In this document: positions 11,868 to 24,318 of the stretch, piece after piece
Numbering within the stretch: the stretch's first letter is position 1
How the letters are laid out: each line of letters begins with the position of its first letter
The notes under the pieces: generated by a model
Databases searched by the model: none
What the model saw: only the letters and a program-made list of their open reading frames with translations
Told to the model about the DNA's origin: nothing
Assembly (NCBI RefSeq): GCF_037042905.1
Contig: NC_087249.1
Location: forward strand, 39,556,001 to 39,620,000
Source: Lytechinus pictus
Lineage: Eukaryota
Direction of reading: 5' to 3'
DNA: 64,000 bases
Position numbers and translations under genes: made by a program

Positions 11868-13851
11868 GGGTGGTACTGGTAGTGCTTCAGTCACGCTCAT
11901 GAAATCAACTCTAGAACGACCAGCACTACTACCTTATAACACACTATAATTGGTCAACTTGTATTCGGTTTTCTTGGTGTGAATGAGCATCAGATACTTC
12001 AAACTGACTTATATTGTTTTACATGTGGAAGGAATACTTCTGCTTCATGTAGTGTTCCTTAAAACTGGCCGGACGATTTGGCTCTTAACCGTTACGAATT
12101 ACTAAAATCCGGATCTCATTTGATCGTGCTCATGTTTTTTTTTTCTTTTTAAGATTTACTTTACGTTTACTATACTTTACGTTACTTTTTTATGTTCACA
12201 ATTAAAAAGATCTCACATGAAAATTTCGCATATATTTACTTATTCAATGCGAGTTCACTTAAAATTACGTTCTGAACAGCGACATATCCGAGAAGCACAC
12301 CCCACCCACATTCACGCATCCACACACACCAATGAAAGCGCACACACTCACATCATCACTTATCCTCACACAATATAATATTTGAAAATTATTATATTTT
12401 ATTCATTAATTTGGTTCTAAGTTTTTATAGGCAAAAGGCCTATATGACCATGAAAGATATTTACAATGCTTGAATAATGATTGCAATGTGTATCCACGGT
12501 AGAAGGCTATCGGGGGTGTTTGTGTCAGCAAGCGTAGGGGGACGTTGTACTGACTAAGTTGCCAACCCGGACGATTTCAGTGAAATCCTTGGTTTTGATT
12601 GGCTGAGAAGCACTGGCCTCTGGTAACTGTCAGAGAATGACAAGCTGTAATGAAATGGTGCCCAAAAATTGGCAAGAAGCTTGCAAGCAAAAAAACAAAC
12701 AAACAAAATACACCATCCTCATATCTTCAGAGAATCTCAGTCAGTTAAGTATATATAGGCTTATTAGATATGGACATAACGTATTACCATCGCTTCCAAG
12801 GTGGTACTAGATCGATTTTAGATAGTGCTTGTAGGGAAACGGTTGCTTAACTATCCTGAAATTCCACCAAGAATTGCCCAAATGAATGGAAAACTAATCA
12901 AAAGTCCCCACACATATCATAAGAGTAACATACACAAAAAAACCCGATTTATAAAAAAAAAATTCTTGATTCGCTCTAAATTATCTATCATGGACGTATA
13001 TGTCGTTCTCTTATTCATGTACTTCAATTTTCCTTACAAAATGTATTAATTATTTATTAATTTCAGAAGATTTTTTTAGAATATTGTGCTCCCATTTGGG
13101 GTGAGCGCTTCATGCTTGGTTGATCGTATGTTAGACTTTTTGAAATCCATACCTGTGGTTTCAAGCCTTTCCTTGAAAAAGAGTAAGTTCCTGTCCATGG
13201 TTGATTATTCTGAATTCACTCCAGAGCTTGAAAGAGAGTTCACTGTATATAGATATCGAGGAAAACGGGGCATAAACATAGCAAACTATACAAGGCAATA
13301 GTATACAAATGACACACATCATGGAGGGCATTGGTAAGAATTATACACATGAGCACCCTTTGGAACAGCTTCAATACATTCGGACTATTTCAAAAGTAAC
13401 AAGTGCGCGTAATTATTGTAATGCCCGGGCAAAATGATACTGTTTTATAAACTTTTATAATATTGCGATGTGAATCCTTGTTATTTGATAAATCCTTATC
13501 TCAAAACTGTGAACGTTGATCACGTTCATTCGTAACAACCATCAGGAAAATTATCATATTATTAGCTAAAATGAATGACTGACTAGTCACGGAGTAGATA
13601 TCAGTCAATCACTCGATCTTTATTCATAAGCCTTCCACAATTTCATAAAGAACAATATTACATAAAATTCAGAAATAAAGGACATTTGAAGAAAACTTAC
13701 AACGAGTAAAACAAATATATATCACTCGATACCACGCCATCATCATGATAATAAACATAATTACATTACTACGTCTCAACAGAGAGTTCAAGTAGAAGAT
13801 GATACAAATGTTGGTTCAATTCACTCTCAATTTGAGCTTGAAATTAAAAAA

Positions 13852-14410
13852 AATAATAATAATATGAACATTTGTAATGCGCCGGTATCCATCATAAAAA
13901 GATGCTCATGGCGCAATAAAGAAAAGAAAAGAAAAGGAAAAATAAAAAGAAAGGAATGAAGAAAGAAAACCTACTAAAAAGAGGGGTAGAATAACAATTA
14001 CCTAAAAGCTTGCGTGAATAACCAGGTTTTAAGAGAACTTTTGAAAGTGGTGAGACAAGAAATATTGCGGATTTCTATTGGCAGTTTATTCCATAGGAAA
14101 GGCCCAGCATGTTGAAATGATCGATCCCCCCATTAATTATGAGATTGTGGTACAGTGAGTAAGAATGAACGAGAAGATCTAAGGTTGCGAGAGGGATTGT
14201 ATGGAGTAATCAAAGAAGAGTTGTATTGAGGTGCAGTTCTGTGAATAGAATGGAAAACAAGTAGTAGGATTTTAAATGTAATGCGCTGTACAACGGGTAA
14301 CCAGTGAAGAGATTTGAGAATGGGGGTTATGTGATTCCTCTTGGGGGACATGGTGACGATACGGGCAGCATTATGTTGGAGTTTCCTAAGGCGATCTAAC
14401 TGAGATTACT
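13852..14410 (-). mobile_element. 5'-truncated L2-clade LINE (ORF2 C-terminus, 3' UTR and (ATT)n tail)
   Basis: Translates LDRLRKLQHNAARIVTMSPKRNHITPILKSLHWLPVVQRITFKILLLVFHSIHRTAPQY...LRSS...*WGDRSFQHAGPFLWNKLP...FKSSLKTWLF. HITP-L-LHWLP is typical of L2. GCGCC...GGCGC stem-loop precedes the ATT tail. Confidence 0.9.
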
Positions 14411-17400
14411 AGAGATTTTGTTTTGAAACAGATTGATAAATCTGAGTATAGATAAATCAACTGGGGAAGATCATTTCAGCTGCAAACTTTTAAAGATGAC
14501 AAAAAAATGTTATCACAGAGTCCCTTTGTGGTATTATTAACAAATCCCTTTCTACTGGAGTTGTTCCTCGTGAATGGAAAAAGGCTCGGGTAGTACCAAT
14601 ATTTAAATCTGGTGATATGTCTTCGTTGAATAATTACCGCCCCATTTCTATATTACCAATCGTGAGTTAAATTTTAGAAAGGGCTGTTCACCAACAGCTC
14701 TATGAAAATTTTTGGACTCAAATGATTTATTACACCCGATTCAATCTGGTTTTCGGCCTATGCATTCAACAACTACTGCCCTTGCAAAACTTGTAAATCA
14801 GTGGTCGTTAAACATTGATAACAATTTAATTTCTGCAGTTGCGTTCATAGATCTTCGGAAGGCCTTTGATACCGTGGACCATGGGCTGCTTTTAAAGAAA
14901 TTAGCTTGCATTGGTTGTAGTAATAGGACTATCACTTGGTTCAAATCATATTTATTTGATCGACAACAAGTGACACAATTCAAAGGAGCCAAATCGCACC
15001 CTTCAATCGTCAAATTAGGCGTGCCACAAGGGTCAATTCTAGGTCCCCTTTTATTTTCAATACATGTTAATAGTTTACCTGAAAGTATTCATGAAGGTAT
15101 CATAGATATGTACGCTGACGACACAGGCGCGTAGCCAGGGGGGGGGCGGTGATTGCGGTCGCCCCCCCAAAACGTCCCCAAAAAGAAAAAAAAGAAGGAA
15201 AAAAAAGAGAGGAGAAAAGGAAAAGGGAAGGGAGGAAAGGGAAGAAAGGTAGCTTTGTGTTTTTTTTTCTTTTTATTCTTTTTTTTCTCAAAAGAGAAAC
15301 TCCTTCACTCTTGCTCTAGATTTATGATTATGAATTTTGCTTCCGCGCAGCGCGCGGTTAAATGAAAATATTGAAGATCTCCATTGTTTCCCCCACCCTT
15401 TCTCTAACCCTGTTTTTCTACCTCAGCTATATGTGTTTATTTCCAGTTAAAGTTCAAATGTATTCATTAGGGCATGGAATTAGAGTAAGGTTAGGCCGAA
15501 GTATATGAAGTTATCTTTTTTTATTAATTGATCGCGCAACTTCTGGTCGGGTCGGCTCCGGGCGGGTAAAATCTTTATATCAATTTCTGCCGTCACCTCC
15601 ATAAAGTCAACTTCTCCCGCTTTTCAGCTCATTACTAAACAACCACAATTTTTGGGGCAAACAGGTTCCTAATCCAAAAAGAGGAAGGTATAAAATTCGT
15701 ATCGTATAAGGGTATTAAATAAAAAAGTACAATATTTTTTATCAAATTCTATTCAACTTCATGTCATTTCCCTGTACATTCATCTCCTGTCCTGTTTTTC
15801 GCCCTCAGTTTGAAATTTTGAATGACTCTTAAGTTTCTTTATAATTCAAAATGAAGCGCTTCAGGATAAGTCAAAGAAATTAGGCATCCTTTTTATATAA
15901 TTTCAATAAATCACAGAAGTTTCAACTTTTTGCGCACTATTTTCCTTTTAATGAAGTTCAATAATCTTAGAAAATTAATTGAATTAGAGCCGATGGGGTA
16001 TTGGAGATATCTGCATTATTTTGATGAAACATCCGCCCTTTGAAATTTCAGAGTTTCGTTGCTCTGCGCGGGGAGGAATATCTTCCTCCTGGCATATACA
16101 CTTCTTCTCCTCTGTTTTGCGAGTTAAAGATATGCACTGTCGCTAAATTGTTTGTAATCAAATCTGATCTTTCCAAGGGAAGTATTCAATATATGTTTGA
16201 GAATATCCTTTTCTCGGGACCCTTTCCATGGCAAAAAATTGATAAAACGCTTTAGCTTCCGCACTTCGCGCGGGGTTATTATCATTTTAATTTCCTCCAT
16301 TGTATATATTCCTTTTTTGTGCGTTCACAATCTTTTTTGAAAACAAGGTTCAGGAAAACCAGGTTCAAAATCACAATATAGTCAACTGAATTGGAGCTGA
16401 TATAGATACTAGAGACAAGAGAGACGACTCCTTTTCATTTTAATTTATCATTCTCCAAAAGCTTCGCGCTTCGCGATGGAGGGGGAAACTCCCCCTCCCT
16501 GCACCCACCCCCTAGGGAGCGCGCTTCGCGCGCTCTGTAAGCGTTGGCACGCTTCGCGTGCATTTACCGCCCCCTCCAAAATGAAATCCTGGCTACGCGG
16601 TTATGACGACACGACACTTACCGTCACTGCGAATGATGCGAGAGTTTTGGAAGAAAAATGAACTGTTGCATTAAACAAGGTCATGGCATGGATTAAAGAT
16701 AATCAGCTCGTCCTCAACACTGGAAAAACCTGTGTCATGATAATAGGTTCTCGTGCTAATCTCAGGAAAATAGATTCTTTCACGATTTCGTTAAACGGTG
16801 ATTTGATAAGTAGAGTTCAATTTACCAAAATACCTTAAAGTTGATTTATAACAGTTTAGTGTTGCCAAGATTTGATTACTGTTCTGCTGTATGGTCGAAT
16901 AGATTTCAATCCCATACAATTAAGCTGCAAAAAATTCAGAACAGGGCTGCAAGAATAATATGGAACAAGACATACGACACACCGTCGGCTGATTTGTTCG
17001 CAAGTCTTTGTTGGATGACACTAGACAAACGATTTGAGCTCAGTCGCGTTTTGATGATATATAAATGTGTTAATAATTTAGCACCTTCTTACCTTCAGGT
17101 AAACTTAACCAATCCAAATGATGTACATGAACATCATACCAGACAGAGAGACAGTGGATATTTACGCGTGCCCAAGTTTCGCACTGACTAAGTGTAGTCC
17201 AATTGTATCTTCAATATTTGAATGGAATAAGCTTGATAATTCAATTAGAACAGCTTCTTCTGTCATTTCATTTAAGACAGTGTTTAGAAGAACTTGTAAT
17301 TTATAAATAACTTGCGGAACATCCATTGTTGTGCATATTTTGTGTTAGCATGACCTTGATGATTTGGTGTATATTATCAGTATTTTCAAGATGTCGTTCT

Positions 17401-17654
17401 TAGTTAATTTGATTTATTGATATTTGATTATAGGTCAAACGAGTGCCCGTCTGCGTTTTGTTTGCTGCTAAGTTTGTTAATGTTTCGTTTTACATTCAAA
17501 TCCTAATGTGAATATTAATGCCGTATCATTCTGTACATACGTTATGCATTTTGTAAACATGTTTATTGTTATTCAGGGCCCCATGGAAGACCACTACTTA
17601 TTGGTGAATGGGCTACCCTGTCAAAATATCAGAAATAAATAAATAAATAAATAA
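14411..17654 (+). mobile_element. Decayed 5'-truncated CR1/Crack-group LINE (reverse transcriptase region to 3' tail), interrupted by a MITE
   Basis: WKKARVVPIFKSGD-NNYRPISILP, QSGFRPMHST, FIDLRKAFDTVDH, GVPQGSILGPLLF, YADDT (15111-15123), resuming DDTTL at 16604, then IYNSLVLPRFDYCSAVW and LQKIQNRAARII. Stops, frameshifts and an internal deletion near 16830. 3' CAGGGCCC...CTACCCTG hairpin and (AAAT)n tail. Confidence 0.92.
15124..16603. mobile_element. 1480-bp non-autonomous hAT-like element inserted into the LINE YADD codons
   Basis: Perfect 8-bp TSD TGACGACA (15116-15123, 16604-16611). TIR core CGCGTAGCCAGG / CCTGGCTACGCG. Removing it restores TAC GCT GAC GAC ACG ACA CTT. Confidence 0.9.
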
Positions 17655-17689
17655 TGAAGGCGTTTTTACGAACTGTATACGATTGATTA

Positions 17690-17764
17690 CAGTGGCGTAA
17701 CTACGGGGGGCATGGGGGGGGGCACGTGCCCACCCCCCCCCCCCCCCATCGGCTGCCCCCCCCC

Positions 17765-17796
<32 letters not shown>

Positions 17797-18857
17797 GGGG
17801 AAAAGGAGAAAAATAGGGAGAAAGGAAGATAAACGTTAGTGGGAAAGAAGAATGATTGTTCATCATAATGGTATATTATATTATATTATAATTATGTCAT
17901 GTTATATTACATCAGAAAGATTTTTTTCATAACTTTATGAAAAATAATTTGCTCAGGGCTTATGTCTTTATTGTTCCTGGTGCTCGCATTGTCTGTTTAA
18001 CGAGATATATATAATCCTGTTATACTAAAACCTCCCGTTTAATTTCAAGTCAATTCTCGCACTTCGAGTTTTATTGTTTTATGTAGTGACATATTATGCT
18101 TCTTTTCATGACTACTTAAAGTGATTGCCCAATTTTAAAACATTTCCCGTCCGTGCGTACGTTCGCATTAGTGGATTGGTGAGATATGTCTGCTCTTCAT
18201 GAATCCCTAAAATCAGTCCTTAAAACGCTCCATGTTCTGATCTGAATATCAAATATTTTCAGCTCTCGCGTCATTTTGTTAGTCACGTATGGTCTATGAG
18301 AATTCCTACAAACAAGCCTTAGAATGTCCCTCTTCACATGCTTCAGGTCTGAATTTCCTAAATTTTCAGCTTGCGCTTCGCGCTGGCAATATTTGATTAG
18401 TGAGATGCGTGTGAAAATCATGATTACAATGACTTTAAAAAGTGCTTCATGTGTTTAGATGTAATTCCAGCAAAATCAACAAGCGCTTGGCACTCGCATA
18501 AGATGACTATGGTAAGATATGTATGTACTCTCAAAGGATTCCTAAAGTATAGTCCTTAAAATGTACCTATTTGTGGTCAATATATGCACAAATTTCAGCT
18601 CGCGCTTTGCGCTCGCATTGTGTTTAGCGAGACGGGTACGTATCGTGATTACAAAAGTTATTAATGTCACTTTTTTTAGGTCTGAATATTAAAAAATTTC
18701 AGCTCGCGCTTCGCGCTCGCTCGCATTATTTGATCAGTGAGATATATATCCTTTTATTGGCATTGTCCTTAAAATGCCTCTATTAGGACAGTATACCTGG
18801 CAACTGACTTTGCTGGTGCCCCCCCCCCCCAATGCCGTGACCCACGGTACCCCACTG
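17690..18857 (+). mobile_element. hAT-like non-autonomous element with an internal ~105-bp subrepeat array
   Basis: Termini CAGTGGCGTAAC...GGTACCCCACTG and poly-G/poly-C subterminal tracts. About 8 degenerate units, each with AAATTTCAGCTCGCGCTTCGCGCTCGCATT or a variant. TSD degenerate. Confidence 0.75.
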
Positions 18858-21309
18858 AGATTGAATAAAATGTTTATGAAATTTCAAAGAAAAACACAAA
18901 TTTGAAACTATTTCAGTACTACCGATAATAGCTGGTAAATGCATGTAAATATGCATAAAGTTACATTTTATTATTAACAAACAAAGAAAGAAATTCTGTT
19001 TTCTTCGAGTGCTTGAATAGATGTGGGATATTATGACTATATGAAATTGATTTTTTTTTTCATTTTGTAGTTAATAGTGAAATATAAAGTTTGATCAAGT
19101 CTAACTACGGTGGGGGTATATAGAGTAACCCTTCTAAATGACTTCACTCTTCTTTTTGTCATAGACATGATGGAGATACCTCCGCCGGATATCGGCTTAA
19201 CTTAAAATGATAGACATGTAACTATGGACTGATGGACACTAATCAATTCGGTTTTTTAGGGTTCTTATTGATTACCTTAATTACAAAATGTAATCATCTG
19301 ATCATGGTATACTGACCATGAACTTCAGTGAATAGCTTCATTGATCTTAGATGGAGTAGATATGAATACGGATGAATACATCCATTATGAAAATAATAAA
19401 CACTTCGAACTTTATACTTTATGATTGATATGTAGACATCGGATATAGGGGTTTGCCCAGCATGTTTGTATATTCGACCACCGTGGATCACTTTTCTAAT
19501 TATTCCGGACAAAGGAGACCAGTTGAACAACAGAGCAGAAGGTCCATTAGCTTGATGAAGAAGAGTCAGCGATGAGGAGCCTTTATAGCGGGGTGACGGG
19601 ATGCACACTCAACACCCTCAAACAATTTCAGGAGTGATGATATATACAAATTTTTGCATGTCAAATAGTTTTGAAAGAAAAGGTGGACCCCCATTTCCAC
19701 CCCCTGACTTTTCAATCATATATAGATCCAATGCCTTCCTCAAACCCATTACTAAAAAACCCTCGTACTTTGAATGGGAATTGACTTTATCGTCAAAAAA
19801 GAAAAAAAAAGAATAAGAAGATAAATATGGAGACAAATAATAGGCACTTGGTGTCGCTCGCGAGAATAAACATTTATAAACCAAGAATCCTTTATCCAAG
19901 AGAAATTAGTATTTTATCCATCTACCATTCTTCACTCTCTTAACCAGTGTGGTTAGAGGTTTCACGGTACATTGGGTTTTTAAAGCGATATCTTGATTCG
20001 TTTCCCTTTTTTATTTTCCCCTAGATACTGTTGGAAGTATTCTAATCGTACGCAATTTTGCAGTTTCGATTTTTTTTCTATCGTTAAAGAAATTTAGTGT
20101 ATGTCTCTGTTATTCGAGTTGTTGTTCTTTCTTTACATGCAAGCCACCCCCCCCCCCCACCCACACACGCACATTCGCCCCATCAGTTAAAACCCTTACG
20201 CCCTCCCAGGTGGCCCCGGGAAGTTTTGAAAAATGGGATAAAAATTTATAAAAGATGTGTGAAGAGTAAGTGTAATTTGTTATAATCTTCGTATTTACGC
20301 AGTACAGTACTGTGAAATGAAAATGTTAATATATTGTCATCCAGCTGCTATTTCTTCTCATTCTTTTCTTCGCACCACCCTCAATAAAACTCGTGCTTGG
20401 CGCTCGATTTCCAGTATACGCGATGTTTCCTAGTCCGCCCCTGTCCCAACATTTTCTTTGGTTAGCAAGTTGCCCCCTACTTTAAAAATCCTATTACTGA
20501 TATTTGAAGCAGAAGTACAGTGAACGGAAGTGCTCACTCCCTTCAATTATGACCAAAATATATTCAAATTGAATAAAATACATTAATTGTAATTAATTGC
20601 CATGTTGACTGTTAATGTGTTCTGATGTGCGTGCCATCATAAAGCATCTCCTAATCATTCATCAAGTATCGGTAGCAACTTGCGTGTCAATGATAGCGAT
20701 GGTTTAAATTATGCCGGCGCACAAAGACTGATTATTATTGTAAGGACGTGACGTCAAGTGTTACGTCAGAACATTTTTGATATCACCTCTTGTAGATGAT
20801 TATTGAATTTAGCCCACAATGATCCGTAGGCACGAATAAGCTCTGAAGGTTCCATGAGCCTAATTACTAAAGATATTCGTTCGACCCAACCATTCGATTT
20901 TTTTTTTCAAATTGATATTGCTGATTGACAAAAGTGTATGAATATGATTGAAAATTTAACACTGATTCTAGAAATGGTAACTACTGAACTTCATTTGCCC
21001 AAATTGGAAAGATATATCAATGACTTTGGAACTATTTTTTGACTGGCGGAAGAATTAGGGCTATTTTACTGTTTCAATTGATATATTTGATCACATCATA
21101 GTTATCTTCATAAATGGCGATTTATTTTTAAAATGAGCTGGCTACCGTACCCTATTCTGGTCAGATATAAAATGAAACAGTAGTAAACACGTAAACTCTA
21201 ATTTCACGTTTATTTTTTATTTTTCAAAGTGCCATTTTAACACACAAGTCTATGGGGAATATTTTACGCGCGTGACAGCTGAAAACACGACGTGGTTGGC
21301 TATGCCTTA

Positions 21310-21407
21310 GTCACACCGACGAATCCGATTCTAATTTGATCGATGGTTTGTCATTAGGAATAATGTATTAAATTTGATCGTTCTGGAGATAGTTTCGCTT
21401 GTGTGAC
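21310..21407. mobile_element. ~100-bp MITE family (GTCACAC...GTGTGAC ends), representative copy
   Basis: Related copies near 11304-11390, 23870-23945, 27120-27180, 30320-30666 (split), 36234-36320, 40282-40385 and 63700-63782 share the core CCAGACCGACC(A/G)ATCTATCACGTTATTTCCAATG in either orientation. Confidence 0.6.
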
Positions 21408-22286
21408 AACCCTCGAGATGGTGAATAGTAGTTGATAATAGCAAACGAACATGAATGTCACGGAATGCGTGTCTTTTCGTAAGTCCCATGTAATCATTCT
21501 CCGAATTGCCGTTTCATTATGTTAAATTGGAAAGAATGTGTGTGTTTTTTGTAAAAAGTATATTGCCATAGCGAAGATAGCTCCCTAACAATTTAACGCT
21601 TACATTACATTTCTTAGAAAAAAGGGGATTTTGTTTTTTTTATTCTAAAAGTGTCATCAAAAGCACCACCATCACATATCAACGTAAGGCATTTCTATCA
21701 GACTATCAAACTCCAAAACATGCACCGGATATTTTCCTTGGAAATCCCTGCCACGAAAAAAAAATAGAATAAATTTCGAAAGCGGAAGAGGAAGATGAAG
21801 ATACATAAACAAGGAAATTCGGGTCCCTGGCCCTACTTGATGATCCCACCACCATTCATCACACGCCTGACGAAAAAAAAATATTTAAAACACTTACCAG
21901 TGGCTCAAAGATCAGGTGCAATGCACTTTGTACTAAGCATGACGAGTGGATGGAAAGAAAAAAATAGTTTAAGAAATTTAAAGATTATTCGGGTCAATTG
22001 GATTTCTTCTTAATGTATGACAAACCCATGCAATTAAGGCCGCATCGCGGGAGAGCAATTACGGCTGCTATTATTTCTTTCATCTCAACGGTATGCTAGC
22101 GAAACACGGGGAAAACAATACGTAATGATAGGGAAACGTTTATACAAACGAAATTCGAATCCAATTGCAATACTAATATACATTTGGTATGTCATTCCAT
22201 CCGTTGATATTTACTTGGTTTACAAGCCGTTGGTCTGCTCTTCAGAAAGTCAAATAAACCCGTGGCCTCCTATCAATTTGGCTTAA

Positions 22287-22892
22287 AGGTCAAGTCCACC
22301 TCATAAAAATGTTAATTTGAATCAAAAGAGAAAAATCAGACTAGCATAATGCTAAAAATTTCATCGAAATCGGATGTAAAATAAGAAAGTAGTGACATTT
22401 TAAAGTTTCGCTTATTTTTCACAAAATAGTTATATGCATAATTTAGTCACATGCAAATGAGAGAATCGATGATGTCCCTCACTCACTATTTATTTTTGTT
22501 TTTTATTGTTTGAATTATACAATATTTCAATTTTTACAGATTTGACAATATAAGGACCAACTTGACTGAACCATATAATGTTAAACAAGGGTAATTCCAC
22601 ATGTTCAGTGAGAAATAAAACTTTGTTTCACAGGACAATAAGGAGAAAATTAGAATATTTCATATTTCTTATAATAAAATACAAAAGAAAAAGTGAGTGA
22701 GTGATGTCATCAGTTTCCTCATTTGCATACCAACCGGGATGTGCATATAACTATTATGTGAAATTAAGCAAAACTTTAAAATGTTATAACTCTCTTATTT
22801 TACATCCGATTTTGATGACATTTTCAGTGTTATGCTCGTTCGATTTTTCTCTTTTTATTCAAATAAACTTTTTGTTGGGGTGGACTTGTCCT
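22287..22892. mobile_element. 606-bp MITE with long TIRs and TTAA target (Kolobok/piggyBac-like)
   Basis: TTAA|AGGTCAAGTCCACC...GGTGGACTTGTCCT|TTTA, with >150 bp of imperfect inverted repeat. Decayed right-half relative at ~50850-51122. Confidence 0.85.
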
Positions 22893-23982
22893 TTTATTAA
22901 CGTTGGTCTACACTGTACTTGGCCTAATACCCACTTAGTACAAGTCTCATGCCCCTGGGAAGCAGGGTACTGGGGGCGCTGAAGCACCCCTCCCCAAGAT
23001 TTGCTTGGGGTGCTGCGTGTGCTTTTCACCATAGACAGCACCCCTGGAAATATATGCTAATAAGTAGAAATTTAGCAAAAACCACCTTTATTTTCGAGTG
23101 AAAACCTTAAAAAAATTCACTTCATCTACTTATTATTACATTTTTACCCCGTCGAAAAAACTATTGTTTCAAAACGGTTCGTCTAATCATGTTGAATGAG
23201 CGGTGTTAGACCGAGTGAATATTAGAATAACTATTTTAACATTCACTTGATATAGCCTAACTAACTGATAATCAGTCAAAATGGTTACTGGGCTCAATGG
23301 TAATTAGACCAAATGATTAGTAGATGGACTAGGATAAGACCATGTGGGGGGTAGGCGAATCGGAAAGAAGACGAATAGACCTATACACAACAACCATTCT
23401 AGCCTTGTTTCTATTAATTAAATGAAGCACGTTGACCTTTTAACTTGAGAGCATGTTCTGCTTTTTAACCCTTAAATATTTTATTCCAAGGGGTGCTATT
23501 TGCATTAATTGAAAAATGGTTGGCTCGCTCCAGATCGGGAGATGAAATGACCCATTTACCATGTCCTTCATATGTCAATTTCAATATAAAGCAATGTGCC
23601 CCCCCCCCTCCCCCCTCTCTCTTTCATTGATTCTGAATACCCAAGGGCACTTCAATGTGTACATTATATCGGCTTTTGACTATATTTCAAGAAGTATAAT
23701 GATCTGTAGCAATTAGCTCCCTGCGTGCCATGCGAATGACCATGAGACCAACACGATTGGGCGAACATGATAATGAATTGGATTTTTTAAAACCTTTTGA
23801 TACATTCAAACTCTCCAGCTTTTAAACGAACTTCCTTCAAACATGATACTCGATTCACACAATGTTACAGCCACACCGACTGATGTGTGTCACTAAAATT
23901 AACGTAATAAATATGGTCGGTCTGGAGTCAATTTTCCTTGTGTGAACGTGCGATTAACGAGGCCGCTGGGACGAGCACCCTA

Positions 23983-24318
23983 CACTGTTATAGAAAAAAA
24001 AAAACAGAAGATTTTACAAAAGAAAAATAAAAAAATACAGAAGGAAATAACCAAACTCATTCTCTAAATTGTTATAACAGGAAATATTTTCTACAATATT
24101 TCCACAATTTTACAGAACAGGTCTGTTAAAAAAAAAAAGGAAAACAGTATTGTTACAATAAATTTGCAAGGTTACATAATTATACACCAGATACCAATTT
24201 TCTGTAATTTTACACAAATGCATGTATAGATTACACAGTGCAGTAAGATTACAGGTGTTCTCGAGACTCTGCTGCAGGAACGTTTGGGGTTTTTTTTAGG
24301 AAAAAATTTCTAACAGTG
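23983..24318. mobile_element. CACT...AGTG MITE with TA flanks (CACTA/EnSpm-like)
   Basis: TA|CACTGTTA...TAACAGTG|TA. Elements with the same type of end at 11472-11619, 30687-31108, 47907-48136 and 55676-55834. Confidence 0.6.

Noticed and set aside
14712-15134. 140-aa reverse transcriptase ORF as a functional gene
   Set aside because: Fragment of a LINE with stops, frameshifts, a deletion and a transposon in the active site.
17975-18730. CRISPR-like repeat-spacer array
   Set aside because: Repeats are degenerate, spacers are ~80 bp and homologous to one another, the array lies within transposon termini, the context is eukaryotic and there are no cas genes.
19165-19620. Coding-like stretch after a plausible acceptor
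   Set aside because: Stops in all plus frames and no recognisable family. The 104-aa minus ORF shows no motif.
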